From Candidatus Moraniibacteriota bacterium (lineage in GTDB: Bacteria > Patescibacteriota > Minisyncoccia > Moranbacterales > GWC2-37-73): a stretch of 64,000 nt of DNA. Both the position numbers and the translations under genes were made by a program. The notes beneath the pieces are model-generated. The model made no database searches, was not told the DNA's origin, and saw only the letters and a list, made by a program, of their open reading frames with translations. The stretch spans positions 169,908-233,907 of the forward strand of contig DAOOTD010000002.1 of NCBI GenBank assembly GCA_035390125.1, read 5' to 3'. Shown here in pieces: positions 39,841 to 51,908 of this stretch (position 1 is its first letter; every line of letters begins with the position of its first letter).

Positions 39841-39909
39841 TTTAAGAAATAAGAATTCATATTGTTTGTATTATATGGCAATAGATAAAATTTAACCTGT
39901 ATAAATAAT

Positions 39910-40296
39910 ATGAAGATAGCAATTAGTGGCAATATTTATATGTTGCCAGACATAATAGAGATGCAGGAATTGTTAGAGGAGCGTAAACATAAAGTCATTC
40001 CTACTTTTGAATATTTGGATCAGCTAGAGGAAATAAATGAAAAAAAAAGAACTAAAAACAGGACATCTTTTTTTGATAAACTGAAAAAATGCGACGCGCT
40101 TTTAGTGGTTAATAATTCGCTAAAAAAGGGTCGTGAAAATTATATTAGCGGAAGTTCTTTTCTGGAAATGGGATTTGCACACGCCTTAGGAAAAAAGATA
40201 TTTATTTTGCAAGACATTCCTGATTTATCATATAAGGACGAAATTATGGCTATGAAACCAATTGTATTAAATGGAAACTTAAACAAAATAAGATAG
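39910..40296 (+). CDS. Hypothetical protein, nucleoside deoxyribosyltransferase-like fold
   Basis: 'CDALLVVN..YI...SFLEMGFAHALGKKI'. Confidence 0.6.
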   Translation: MKIAISGNIYMLPDIIEMQELLEERKHKVIPTFEYLDQLEEINEKKRTKNRTSFFDKLKKCDALLVVNNSLKKGRENYISGSSFLEMGFAHALGKKIFILQDIPDLSYKDEIMAMKPIVLNGNLNKIR

Positions 40297-40303
40297 ATAA
40301 ATT

Positions 40304-41137
40304 ATGCAGTTTATTGATAGTCATGCGCATGTAAACTTCAATGCCTATAAAAATGATGGCGAAGAAGTTCTGAAAGAAGCACTCAACAAAGGAGTGCTTG
40401 TTGTTAATGTCGGTTCGCAGTATTCGACCAGTCAGCGTGCAGTTAAATATGCACACAAACTGAAGGGAGTATATGCAGCCGTTGGAATTCATCCAATTCA
40501 TCTTAATAAAAAAACAGTTCATATAGACTCCGATGAATTGGATTCAACTATAGAAATAGAAGCCAATGGCGAGGATTATGATGCAGAAAAATATTTAGAA
40601 TTAGCTAGAAACGAAAAAGTTGTGGCTATAGGTGAAATCGGTTTAGATTACCATCATTTTACAGAGGGAGATGATGTTGAATTTTTGAAAAATAAACAGA
40701 AAGAAGTTTTTATAAAATTTATCGAACTTGCCAATTCAGTTGGTAAGCCAGTTATGTTGCATTGTTGGGATGCATATGATGATCTGTTGGAAATTTTGGA
40801 AAAACATCCAGTAAAAAAGAAAGGTATATTGCATAGTTTTATCGGGAGTTATAAAACAGCTAATAAATTTATTGAACTTGGATATAAAATCGGTCTCAAT
40901 GGAATTGTCACGTATGGTGAAGGTTATGATCGATTGATAAAAGAAATAGATCTAAAGAATATTGTTATTGAGACTGATTGCCCATATCTGACTCCGCGTC
41001 CGCTCGAAAGAGAAAAACGCAACGAACCGGTTTTTGTGAAAATTGTGGCTGAAAAAATAGCTGTAGTAAAGGAAATTTCTGTTGAGGAAGTGGCAGAAAT
41101 AACGACCAAAAACTCTAAGGATTTGCTTGGTATATAA
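40304..41137 (+). CDS. tatD: TatD family hydrolase
   Basis: 'DSHAH', 'GIHP', 'IGEIGLDY', 'ETDCPY'. Confidence 0.93.
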   Translation: MQFIDSHAHVNFNAYKNDGEEVLKEALNKGVLVVNVGSQYSTSQRAVKYAHKLKGVYAAVGIHPIHLNKKTVHIDSDELDSTIEIEANGEDYDAEKYLELARNEKVVAIGEIGLDYHHFTEGDDVEFLKNKQKEVFIKFIELANSVGKPVMLHCWDAYDDLLEILEKHPVKKKGILHSFIGSYKTANKFIELGYKIGLNGIVTYGEGYDRLIKEIDLKNIVIETDCPYLTPRPLEREKRNEPVFVKIVAEKIAVVKEISVEEVAEITTKNSKDLLGI

Positions 41138-41227
41138 AAATTTTTTATGCTTGACTTTACTGGGCTTTTGAGAGATAATAGATACTAATGGTTGATCAAA
41201 TAAACCGGCTAAAGGCCGTTGTTTTTT

Positions 41228-41491
41228 ATGGAAAAAAGTAAGAAACAAGATTCATGGTCTGCAATTGGTTTCGCATGGGAGTTGGGATATTCAATTTCTA
41301 TCCCACTTGCAGTTTTTACTCTGGGAGGAAGAATATTGGATAAAAAACTTGAAACATCTCCGTGGTTGCTTTTAGCAGGATTGTTTATTTCAATTATAGT
41401 TACGTTCTACATCGTTTATCAGAAATTGATGGCGATAATCAATGATCAAGAATCCTCAAATAAAGACTTAAAAGATAATAAAAAAGAATAA
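41228..41491 (+). CDS. AtpZ/AtpI (ATPase gene 1) family protein
   Basis: Two TM segments, 'G..LDK...TSPW'; first gene of the atp operon. Confidence 0.8.
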   Translation: MEKSKKQDSWSAIGFAWELGYSISIPLAVFTLGGRILDKKLETSPWLLLAGLFISIIVTFYIVYQKLMAIINDQESSNKDLKDNKKE

Positions 41492-41498
41492 AAAAATA

Positions 41499-42254
41499 AT
41501 GGAGATTTCATTATCAGCAGAATCACTCTTTCACATTGGCAGTTTCCCGATTACTAACACACTAGTGATGACTTTTTTGCTTAGTACGCTGATTATAATT
41601 ACCTCGCTTGTTTTACGGAATAAGCTTAAGCTTATTCCGCGTGGTTTTCAAAATGTTTTTGAATATATAGTCGAGGCTATTTTAGACTTGGTAGACAGTG
41701 TGACACAAAACAGAGAACAGACAAAAAAATTTTTTCCAATTGTCACTACGATTTTTATATTTATCATCTTATCTAATTGGATAGAGATAATTCCTGGACT
41801 TGGAACTATTGGAATAAATGAAATTAACAAACATGGAGAAACAGTTTTAGTTCCATTTATCCGCAGTACTTCAGCTGATCTTAATGTTACTCTAGCTATA
41901 GCTCTTATTTCCGTTTTTACCATTCAATTCATGGGTATTGCTGCTATTGGTGCTGCTAAATATGCAGGAAAGTTTTTTGTAAACCCATTCCATAAGCCAT
42001 ATTTTATAGGAACATTTGTCGGAGGTTTGGAACTTATCAGTGAAATTGCAAAAATAATTTCATTCTCTTTTCGTTTATTCGGAAATATTTTTGCTGGAGA
42101 GGTGTTGCTTATTGTGATGCTAAATCTGGTTCCATATTTTGTACCACTTCCTTTTTTATTTTTGGAATTATTTGTCGGATTTATCCAGGCACTGGTTTTT
42201 GCAATGTTGACATTGGTCTTTCTGAAAATGGCAGTGACAGAAGTGGCACACTAA
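41499..42254 (+). CDS. atpB: F0 subunit a
   Basis: 'SFSFRLFGNIFAGE', 'FIQALVF'. Confidence 0.95.
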   Translation: MEISLSAESLFHIGSFPITNTLVMTFLLSTLIIITSLVLRNKLKLIPRGFQNVFEYIVEAILDLVDSVTQNREQTKKFFPIVTTIFIFIILSNWIEIIPGLGTIGINEINKHGETVLVPFIRSTSADLNVTLAIALISVFTIQFMGIAAIGAAKYAGKFFVNPFHKPYFIGTFVGGLELISEIAKIISFSFRLFGNIFAGEVLLIVMLNLVPYFVPLPFLFLELFVGFIQALVFAMLTLVFLKMAVTEVAH

Positions 42255-42272
42255 AATTGGTTAATTTTTTAA

Positions 42273-42566
<294 letters not shown>

Positions 42567-42631
42567 TTGGTTTATAGTCAGCAGCTCGTAATATTGCGGG
42601 CTGTAAACTATCAACTAATAATTATAAAAAT

Positions 42632-43117
42632 ATGGAACTGTTAAATAATCTCGGAATTAACGCCAAACTGCTTATTGCGCAAATTGTTAATTTTTTAATA
42701 TTGTTATTTGTATTGTATAAATTTGCTTATGGCCCAGTATTAAAATTGCTTGATGAAAGAACCAAAAAAATTGAAAGAGGCTTGAAAGATGCTGAAGATG
42801 CACAAAAAAAACTGTCTGAAATCTCTGGAAAGGAAAAAGAAATTTTGATTAAAGCTAAAAAACAAGCTCAAGAAATTGTAGCTAAAGCAGAAGAAATAGC
42901 CATAAAAAATAAAGAGGAAATAATTGCTTCTGCTAAAGAACAATCAGAGAAAATTATAGCCGATTCGAACAGAAAAATTGAATCAGAAAGGACACTAATG
43001 TTCCAGGAAATAAAAAAACAGGCGGCAGAACTAGTTGTGGCTGCGACAGAGAAAATTATTGATGAGAAAATGAATTATGAAAAGGATAAGAATTTAATAG
43101 AAAAGGCACTAAAATAA
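42632..43117 (+). CDS. atpF: F0 subunit b
   Basis: 'QIVNFLIL..L.KF', 'LDER', coiled coil. Confidence 0.93.
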   Translation: MELLNNLGINAKLLIAQIVNFLILLFVLYKFAYGPVLKLLDERTKKIERGLKDAEDAQKKLSEISGKEKEILIKAKKQAQEIVAKAEEIAIKNKEEIIASAKEQSEKIIADSNRKIESERTLMFQEIKKQAAELVVAATEKIIDEKMNYEKDKNLIEKALK

Positions 43118-43118
43118 A

Positions 43119-43520
43119 ATGAAAGCTACAATTCAGCAATATGCTAAAACATTATCGGAGATTACAGCAGATAAAACTGAAAAAGAAATCAGCGGTATTG
43201 TTGCGCATTTTGCTGAAATTCTGAAAAAAGAGGGACAATTTAAAAATATACAAAAAATAATTGAAAAATTCTCTGAATTTTATAATTCAGAACATGGAAT
43301 CGTGGAAGTAAGCGTCACCACGAAGTTTGGAATTCTGGGCAAAGAATTGAAAGATATTGAGGATTTTATAAAAAATAAATGCAAAGCAAAAAAAGTTATC
43401 ATTAAAAACACTATCGATGAAAAAATAAAAGGAGGAATAATTATAAAAATAGGAGACGAAATTTTAGACGGAAGTGTATCCAGCAAATTGAAAAAAATTA
43501 AAAAAGTATTGAGTAATTAA
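43119..43520 (+). CDS. atpH: F1 subunit delta (short form)
   Basis: 'YAKTL', '[17 protein letters not shown]'; operon position. Confidence 0.9.
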   Translation: MKATIQQYAKTLSEITADKTEKEISGIVAHFAEILKKEGQFKNIQKIIEKFSEFYNSEHGIVEVSVTTKFGILGKELKDIEDFIKNKCKAKKVIIKNTIDEKIKGGIIIKIGDEILDGSVSSKLKKIKKVLSN

Positions 43521-43542
43521 TTTTCATTTCATTATAAATAAT

Positions 43543-45042
43543 ATGAATAAAGATTTTATTGTAGAACAACTTAAAAAGCAGATAGAAAATTTTAAGGTCG
43601 AAATGCAAATTGAAAAAACCGGTAAAGTTATCGAAGTTAGTGACGGAGTCGCCCGCATTTCAGGGCTTAGCGATATCATGGCTTCAGAAATGGTTGAATT
43701 TCCCAATGGAGAAATCGGTGTGGCTCTTAATCTTGAAGAAGACTATGTAGGTGTCATGATTTTAGGAAGCTTCTCTGGAATTAAAGAGGGGGATGAAGTA
43801 AGGGCTACTGGCAAAGTACTTTCTATTCCTGTTTCCGATTTTATGGTTGGTCGTGTTATTAATTCTCTGGGGATGCCCATGGATGGTAAGGGCGATATCA
43901 GGGCTGAAAAATATTATCCAGTTGAAAAAATTGCTCCCGGAGTTATAACCAGAAAATCAGTCAATCAGCCTGTTCAGACGGGAATAAAAGCCATTGACGC
44001 TATGATTCCTATTGGACGTGGACAACGCGAACTTATTATCGGTGATCGCCAGACCGGAAAAACAGCCATTGCTATTGATACTATTATCAACCAAAAGGGG
44101 CACAATATGAAATGTATTTATGTTGCGATTGGTCAAAAAGAATCAAAAATTGCCAGGATTGTTGGTGAGCTTGAAAAAAGAGGTGCTATGGAATATACCA
44201 CAGTTATTATAGCTGGTGCATCAGACAGTGCAGCGCTTTCTTATATTGCTCCTTACTCGGGGTGCGCATTGGGAGAATATTTTATGGATAAAGGTGAGGA
44301 TGTGCTGATAATTTTTGATGATCTTTCTAGGCACGCTTGGGCTTATCGACAAGTTTCTCTTATCTTAAAACGTCCGCCGGGACGTGAAGCTTATCCTGGT
44401 GATGTTTTTTATCTGCATTCACGTCTCCTGGAAAGAAGTGCGAAACTTAATGATGATTTTGGCGGAGGAAGCTTGACAGCGCTGCCTATTATTGAAACGC
44501 AGGCTGGGGATGTTTCAGCCTATATTCCGACCAATGTTATTTCCATTACTGACGGGCAGATTTTTTTGGAATCAGATCTGTTTTATAAAGGTGTAAGGCC
44601 GGCACTTAACATAGGAATTTCAGTTTCACGTGTTGGTTCATCTGCGCAGATTAAAGCTATGAAAAAAGTAGCTGGAAAATTGAGATTGGATTTGGCGCAA
44701 TTCAGAGAGCTAGAAGCTTTTGCCCAATTTGGATCCGATCTCGATGAAAAAACAAAAGCACAAATCGAAAGAGGATTAAGAACAATCGAAATTGTTAAAC
44801 AAGGGCAATATGAACCGATGGCTGTCGAACACCAGGTTGCAATTTTGTATGCGTTGACTAATGGATTTTTAGATGATGTGGCTGTCGAAAAAGTAAAAGA
44901 ATGGGAAAATGGTTTCCATAAGTATTTAGATGCGCAGGCTAAAAATTTAATCAAATTAATTGAAGATAAAAAAGAATTAACAGAGGAAGTTATAAATGCG
45001 CTTGAGAAAACGATTAAAGAATTTAAAGAAATCTATCAATAA
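43543..45042 (+). CDS. atpA: F1 subunit alpha
   Basis: 'GDRQTGKT', '[12 protein letters not shown]'. Confidence 0.97.
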   Translation: MNKDFIVEQLKKQIENFKVEMQIEKTGKVIEVSDGVARISGLSDIMASEMVEFPNGEIGVALNLEEDYVGVMILGSFSGIKEGDEVRATGKVLSIPVSDFMVGRVINSLGMPMDGKGDIRAEKYYPVEKIAPGVITRKSVNQPVQTGIKAIDAMIPIGRGQRELIIGDRQTGKTAIAIDTIINQKGHNMKCIYVAIGQKESKIARIVGELEKRGAMEYTTVIIAGASDSAALSYIAPYSGCALGEYFMDKGEDVLIIFDDLSRHAWAYRQVSLILKRPPGREAYPGDVFYLHSRLLERSAKLNDDFGGGSLTALPIIETQAGDVSAYIPTNVISITDGQIFLESDLFYKGVRPALNIGISVSRVGSSAQIKAMKKVAGKLRLDLAQFRELEAFAQFGSDLDEKTKAQIERGLRTIEIVKQGQYEPMAVEHQVAILYALTNGFLDDVAVEKVKEWENGFHKYLDAQAKNLIKLIEDKKELTEEVINALEKTIKEFKEIYQ

Positions 45043-45051
45043 TACAATAAA

Positions 45052-46011
45052 ATGCCTAGCTCAAAAGACATAAGACGTCGAATAAAATCAATAAATTCTA
45101 CAAGGAAAATAACCCGTGCCATGGAGATGGTTTCTGCTGCCAAAATGCGTAGGTCTGTGGCTAGCGTGCTTAATGTCAGACCCTATGCGCATGCTGCTTG
45201 GAGTGTTCTGACCAATTTAGCTAGAGCTTTTGAATCTTCCAATACAAAAGGGTTTTTGGATGTACGTGAAGTAAGAAGCATATTAATGGTGGTTATTGCT
45301 TCTGATAGAGGTCTATGCGGATCTTTTAATACGCAAATATCTAAAAAAATAAAAGAAGAAATTTCAAATCCAGAGAGGTTGAAGATTAACAGGTTTGGAA
45401 ATAGAAAAATAGAGTCAATAATCAAAAATGAAGATTTAAAAATTGATTTTATAACCGTCGGAAAGAAAGGAGAGAATATAGTACGCAAATTGCGCAGGGA
45501 TATAATTGCTTCTTTCACTGACGCAGGAGCTTTTGCTAAGGTTGGAGACATAGAACCTCTTTTTAAAATCGTAGCTAATGATTATTTGGCGAAAAAGTAT
45601 GACAAAATAGTTGTGGTTTATACTGATTATGTTTCTACAATTATACAAAGGACGTGCATACGTCAGGTGTTGCCTATTTCTAAAGTTGATATAGAAAAAC
45701 AAATCGCGGAAATGGATGTGCTAGCCAAAGAGTATGGCTTAGAAGAACCAATTTTGGAATATAAAATTGAACCAAGTCCCAGGGAAGTTCTGGAGTTTAT
45801 ATTGCCACGCCTTATTGAAATGCAGCTTTTTCATGCAATTTTGGAATCACAAGCTTCAGAACAAAGCGCGCGGATGATGGCCATGAGGAATGCTAGTGAT
45901 GCGGCGGCAGAAATGTCTGAAGATCTGACTTTAGCATACAATCAGATAAGACAAGGAAAGATTACACAGGAAATAGCGGAGATCAGCGCAGGAAGAGCGG
46001 CGTTAGAGTAA
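45052..46011 (+). CDS. atpG: F1 subunit gamma
   Basis: 'KITRAMEMVS', 'SDRGLCG', 'RQGKITQEIAEI'. Confidence 0.96.
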   Translation: MPSSKDIRRRIKSINSTRKITRAMEMVSAAKMRRSVASVLNVRPYAHAAWSVLTNLARAFESSNTKGFLDVREVRSILMVVIASDRGLCGSFNTQISKKIKEEISNPERLKINRFGNRKIESIIKNEDLKIDFITVGKKGENIVRKLRRDIIASFTDAGAFAKVGDIEPLFKIVANDYLAKKYDKIVVVYTDYVSTIIQRTCIRQVLPISKVDIEKQIAEMDVLAKEYGLEEPILEYKIEPSPREVLEFILPRLIEMQLFHAILESQASEQSARMMAMRNASDAAAEMSEDLTLAYNQIRQGKITQEIAEISAGRAALE

Positions 46012-46028
46012 TTTATTTTTTGCTATAA

Positions 46029-47423
<1,395 letters not shown>

Positions 47424-47432
47424 TTTACTAAT

Positions 47433-47867
47433 ATGAAAATAAATTTTAAAATTATAACTCCAGAGAAAATTGTCTATGAAGATGAAGTTGACCAAGCAAC
47501 AATGCCAGTGTCTGATGGAGAGATTACAATTCTTCCCAATCATCGTAGCTATATAGCTTCTCTTAAACCCGGAGAAATAAGGCTAAAAATGGGAAAAAAT
47601 GAAAAATTTCTGGCAACTTCAGGAGGTTTTATTGAATTTAATAAAAATACACTTGTTGTATTAGCCGATACGGCTGAACGCGCTTCAGAAATAGATCTCC
47701 AGCGCGCTGAAGAAACGGCCAGAAAAAGAGCAGAAGAACTTAAGAAAGAAAAAGTTGCTATGAGCGAAATTGAATATGCACGAATAGCATCTTTAATTGA
47801 AAAAGAACTGGCACGTGTCAAGGTTGCTAAAAAACATCGTAGCAGGCAAGGAATGAAAATTAACTAA
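47433..47867 (+). CDS. atpC: F1 subunit epsilon
   Basis: 'IITPE', 'GEITILPNH', 'SGGF'. Confidence 0.94.
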   Translation: MKINFKIITPEKIVYEDEVDQATMPVSDGEITILPNHRSYIASLKPGEIRLKMGKNEKFLATSGGFIEFNKNTLVVLADTAERASEIDLQRAEETARKRAEELKKEKVAMSEIEYARIASLIEKELARVKVAKKHRSRQGMKIN

Positions 47868-47893
47868 ACTTATAAAATATTTTTTTAAAAAAT

Positions 47894-48337
47894 ATGAAAA
47901 CACTATTTAAATTTAAAAATACACACCATTGTGAAGCAGTGGTTTTATCATGCATAGATTTCAGGTTCTGGAAAGAAACTGCTGAATTTATTGAAAAAGA
48001 GCTAAATATTAAAAGTTTTGATTTTCCCTCACTACCTGGATCAGCTAAAGCCATCAATGAAAGCCAGGAAGGAGACATTGTTTCACAATGTATCAACGTG
48101 CCGGTTGAGCTGCATCATGTAAATAAAATTATTATTATCAATCACGAAGACTGTGGCGCCTATGGCGGGTCAAAAAAATTTGCAGGCAATGCTGATGCTG
48201 AACAAGAATTCCATATATCTGAGCTCCAAAAAGCCAAGGAAAAATTAGTTAGCAAATATGCAGATAAAGAAATATTTTTAGTATATGCTGCATTGGACAG
48301 CGAAAAAGAAAATATTGAATTTATAATAGTAAAATAA
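47894..48337 (+). CDS. Beta-class carbonic anhydrase-like protein
   Basis: Zn ligand motifs 'CIDFR' and 'HEDCG'. Confidence 0.75.
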   Translation: MKTLFKFKNTHHCEAVVLSCIDFRFWKETAEFIEKELNIKSFDFPSLPGSAKAINESQEGDIVSQCINVPVELHHVNKIIIINHEDCGAYGGSKKFAGNADAEQEFHISELQKAKEKLVSKYADKEIFLVYAALDSEKENIEFIIVK

Positions 48338-48354
48338 AAAAATTATTCAAACAT

Positions 48355-48381
48355 AAAATCCCTATTTAAATTAGGGATTTT
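48355..48381. terminator. Bidirectional terminator
   Basis: aaaatcccta-loop-tagggatttt. Confidence 0.7.
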
Positions 48382-48382
48382 G

Positions 48383-48464
48383 TGCCCGAAGAGAGACTCG
48401 AACTCTCATGGCTTGCGCCACACGATTTTGAGTCGTGCGTGTATACCAATTTCACCACTCGGGC
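48383..48464 (-). tRNA. tRNA-Leu(CAA)
   Basis: Reverse complement GCCCGAG...cacga-ctCAAaa-tcgtg...variable arm...GTTCGAG...TTCGGGCA; no encoded CCA. Confidence 0.94.
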
Positions 48465-48536
48465 ATTATTTAAGCCATAATAACTTCTTAATGATAGATA
48501 TTTGAAAGTCATTTGTCAATGTGATAATATTAGGTT

Positions 48537-49325
48537 ATGGCTAAAATAATTTCACTCATAAATCAAAAGGGCGGAGTAGGAAAAACCACGACAGCGATCA
48601 ATATCGCAACTTACCTAGCAAGTGCTGGAAAACTGGTACTTTTGGTCGATCTTGACCCTCAAGGAAATGCTTCATCAGGCCTAGGTATTGATGTACGCAA
48701 TCTTAATAAAGGTTTATATAATTCTCTGGTTGGCGGAGAACATCCAAGGAATATAATTATAAAAGCAGAAGGTTCTGGACACGATATCTTGCCATCCTCT
48801 CAGGATCTAGCAGGTGCAGGTATTGAATTAGTAAATTTTGATAATAGGGAATTCAAGCTCTATGATGTTCTTAGACAGATTCGCACTGATTATGATTATA
48901 TTATTATTGATAGTCCGCCAAGCCTAGGATTGCTTACAATTAACGGACTTGTTGCAAGTGATGAAATTTTAATTCCAGTTCAAACGGAATACTATGCCTT
49001 GGAAGGTTTAAGTCAGTTATTGCAGACAATTGAATTGGTACAAAAACATTTGCAACCAAATCTAAAGATAATGGGTGCTGTGCTTACCATGTATGACAAG
49101 CGCAATCGTTTAGCTAAGCAAGTTGTTAGAGAAATGCGCAATCATTTTCCAGGGCATGTTTTCGATAGTGTAATCCCAAGGAGCGTCAGGTTAGCTGAAG
49201 CTCCAAGTTATGGAAAATCAATTTTGAATTTCGACAGTCTTTCAAAGGGGGCGAGATCTTATAAAAATTTAGTCAAAGAAATTTTAGAAAAAGAAGAAAA
49301 AAATAGCAAAAAATTTACAATATAA
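48537..49325 (+). CDS. parA: ParA/Soj ATPase
   Basis: 'NQKGGVGKTTT', 'DLDPQGN', 'IPRSVRLAEAPSYG'. Confidence 0.95.
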   Translation: MAKIISLINQKGGVGKTTTAINIATYLASAGKLVLLVDLDPQGNASSGLGIDVRNLNKGLYNSLVGGEHPRNIIIKAEGSGHDILPSSQDLAGAGIELVNFDNREFKLYDVLRQIRTDYDYIIIDSPPSLGLLTINGLVASDEILIPVQTEYYALEGLSQLLQTIELVQKHLQPNLKIMGAVLTMYDKRNRLAKQVVREMRNHFPGHVFDSVIPRSVRLAEAPSYGKSILNFDSLSKGARSYKNLVKEILEKEEKNSKKFTI

Positions 49326-49348
49326 ATATAAAATTTAGAAAATATATT

Positions 49349-50251
49349 ATGGTACAACAATTTGGTTTGGGGAGAGGGCTTTCTTCGCTTATTCCTAACA
49401 AACAATCTAGGCCCAAAAATATGGAAGAATTTTCTGGAACTATTTCTAGTCCAGCGGTTGATTCAATTCGGGGAGATAAATATATAGTTGAAGTAGATAT
49501 AAATCAAGTAATTGCTAATCCTTACCAGCCGAGAATGCAATTTGATGACGATAAGTTAGAAAATTTAGCACAATCTATAAAGATACATGGCATAATACAG
49601 CCCCTAATTGCTACTAAAAAAGAAAATTACTATGAAATTATTGCTGGGGAGCGAAGATTCCAGGCTGCTCATAAAATTGGGCTTAAAAAGATTCCAGTTA
49701 TTTTGCGTGAAGCCGATGAACTTCAAAAACTTGAATTGGCAATTGTAGAAAATGTGCAACGCCATGATTTGAATCCAATTGAAGAAGGAATTGCTTACCA
49801 AAAATTAAGTGATGAATTTCAGATGGGGCAGGAAGAAATTGCCACGAAAATAGGTAAAAGCCGTAGCTTAGTAGCTAACAAGATTAGGCTTTTAAGTCTC
49901 CCAATTGAAATTCAGAAAGGTTTAGTGGAAGGAAAAATAAATGAAGGTCATGCCAAAGCAATTTTGTCAATTGAAAATTCTGAAAAACAGCGGGCTTTAT
50001 ATGAACTAATTCTCAAAAATAATTTAACAGTTAGGCAAATTGAAGATAAAAGCCGGGAAGTTTCAGTTAGATCACATAAGCGGGTTGTTTCAATCGATCC
50101 GCAGATTAAACAATTGGAAAATAGGCTGGTAGAAATATTGGGCACGAAAGTTAAAATTTCTAAGGCCGGCGACGGCGGAAAAATCGTCATTGAATATTAT
50201 TCCAAGGAAGATCTAGAAATACTTCTAGAAAAACTTTCACAAAGAAAATAA
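49349..50251 (+). CDS. parB: ParB/Spo0J
   Basis: 'GLGRGL', 'NPYQPR', 'AGERR', 'ENVQRHDL'. Confidence 0.95.
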   Translation: MVQQFGLGRGLSSLIPNKQSRPKNMEEFSGTISSPAVDSIRGDKYIVEVDINQVIANPYQPRMQFDDDKLENLAQSIKIHGIIQPLIATKKENYYEIIAGERRFQAAHKIGLKKIPVILREADELQKLELAIVENVQRHDLNPIEEGIAYQKLSDEFQMGQEEIATKIGKSRSLVANKIRLLSLPIEIQKGLVEGKINEGHAKAILSIENSEKQRALYELILKNNLTVRQIEDKSREVSVRSHKRVVSIDPQIKQLENRLVEILGTKVKISKAGDGGKIVIEYYSKEDLEILLEKLSQRK

Positions 50252-50285
50252 AAAATTATTATTTAACACGTTAAGTAACAAAATC

Positions 50286-50314
50286 AAAAACAATCCTACG
50301 CAGGGTTGTTTTTT
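50286..50314. terminator. Bidirectional terminator
   Basis: aaaaacaatcct-acgc-agggttgttttt. Confidence 0.7.
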
Positions 50315-50319
50315 GTAAT

Positions 50320-51813
50320 CTATTTTATAATATTTTCTTTCCGTAGTTCTCTCCTGATGTGCGATTTAGCGACGGTAGTTTTTACAAATTTCAGCCAGTC
50401 CTGATTGGGATTTTTGCGATCCTTAGAAGTCAAAATTTCTAAAACGTCTCCATTTTTGATTTTATAATCCAGCGGAACCATATTGCCATTAACTTTAGCA
50501 CCTGTAGCATGATTACCTATTTCTCCATGAATAGCATAAGCAAAGTCAATAGGTGTTCCTTCTTCAGGCAGGTCTATTATGTCACCTTTAGGCGTAAAGG
50601 CAAAAATATGGTTTTTAAAAAAATCAATTTTTAGACTTTGCATAAATTCTTCATCATCGCGTCCTATTTCATTTTGCCATTCACGGAGTTGTTTGACCCA
50701 TTCAACTTCCTTTTCTGGAATTACCTCTTTCTTTTTAAACGTTATATAATCTTTCCAGTTCTTTTTCTTTTTTTGCTCGCTGTAAATCCAATGAGCAGCT
50801 ATTCCGAATTCTGCTTCATTATGCATTTTTAGTGTCCTAATCTGTACTTCAATTATTTTTCCATCTGGTCCGAAAACTGTAGTGTGAATAGATTGGTAAC
50901 CGTTAGGCTTTGGCAGGGAGATGTAATCCTTGATTCGTCCAATCATTGGGCGGTATTTTTTGTGTACTATACCTAAAACTTCATAACAGTCGGCAATTTC
51001 AGAAACTATAATTCGTACAGCAACTAAGTCATGAATGCGACTGATATCCATGTCATATTTTTTAAGCTTTAGAAAAAGACTGTAGAGGCTTTTAGCTCGC
51101 CCATCTATTTTTATTATATTTATCCCTTCCTTCTTTATCTCTTCGCTGAGTTCACTAATGGCCTGGTAGACATATTTTTCTTGCTGTTTATAATTTTTTT
51201 CTTCTAAATTCTTTACTAATGTAAAATTTTCATTATCAAGGTATTCAAAAGCAAGATCCTGAAGTCTGCTTTTAATATCTCCCATCCCAAGCCGGTTGGC
51301 TATTGGTGCGAAAACTTCCATGGTTTCGCGGGCAATACGTATTTGTTTTTCCGAAGGATTATATTTAAGTGTCTGCATATTATGCAAACGGTCAGCCAAT
51401 TTGATTATTATTACCCGGATATCAGTAGCCATTGCAATAAACATCTTGCGTAAATTTTCCAGAAAATATTCCTCATGAGATCCACGCAGCTTTATTTTTC
51501 CTAATTTTGTGATTCCATCAATCATTCCAGAAATTTCTCTGCCAAAAATTTTTTCAATTTCATCCAATGTCACTGGTGTATCTTCCGGAACATCATGAAG
51601 TAATCCAGCAGCAATGGTCTTTGAACCCATACCTATTTCTGCCAGTATTTTTGCTACTGCAATGGGGTGCTGTATATATTCTTCACCACTGCGCCTCTTT
51701 TGTCCCAAATGCGCCTTGCTGGCAAAGTTAAAAGCCTTAGTTATTAATTTAACTTTTTCTTCTGTAGGATCCCTAAGAATGCTTAAAATATCTTTTAAAA
51801 TTAACGGTTTCAT
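50320..51813 (-). CDS. rel: Bifunctional (p)ppGpp synthetase/hydrolase (HD-SYNTH-TGS, no ACT)
   Basis: 'LLHDVPED', 'KLADRLHNM', 'KDYI..PKPNGYQSIH', 'EVQIRT', TGS 'TPIDFAYAIH'. Confidence 0.92.
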   Translation of the reverse strand: MKPLILKDILSILRDPTEEKVKLITKAFNFASKAHLGQKRRSGEEYIQHPIAVAKILAEIGMGSKTIAAGLLHDVPEDTPVTLDEIEKIFGREISGMIDGITKLGKIKLRGSHEEYFLENLRKMFIAMATDIRVIIIKLADRLHNMQTLKYNPSEKQIRIARETMEVFAPIANRLGMGDIKSRLQDLAFEYLDNENFTLVKNLEEKNYKQQEKYVYQAISELSEEIKKEGINIIKIDGRAKSLYSLFLKLKKYDMDISRIHDLVAVRIIVSEIADCYEVLGIVHKKYRPMIGRIKDYISLPKPNGYQSIHTTVFGPDGKIIEVQIRTLKMHNEAEFGIAAHWIYSEQKKKKNWKDYITFKKKEVIPEKEVEWVKQLREWQNEIGRDDEEFMQSLKIDFFKNHIFAFTPKGDIIDLPEEGTPIDFAYAIHGEIGNHATGAKVNGNMVPLDYKIKNGDVLEILTSKDRKNPNQDWLKFVKTTVAKSHIRRELRKENIIK

Positions 51814-51877
51814 TTTTTATATGAATTTAATTGATATATATAGTATAAATAAGCAATAAACAAGTGGCAAGTTTTAA

Positions 51878-51908
51878 AATTAAAATCCGCTGGTTGCGGA
51901 TTTTAATT
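51878..51908 (-). terminator. Terminator after topA
   Basis: aattaaaatccgc-tggtt-gcggattttaatt. Confidence 0.65.
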
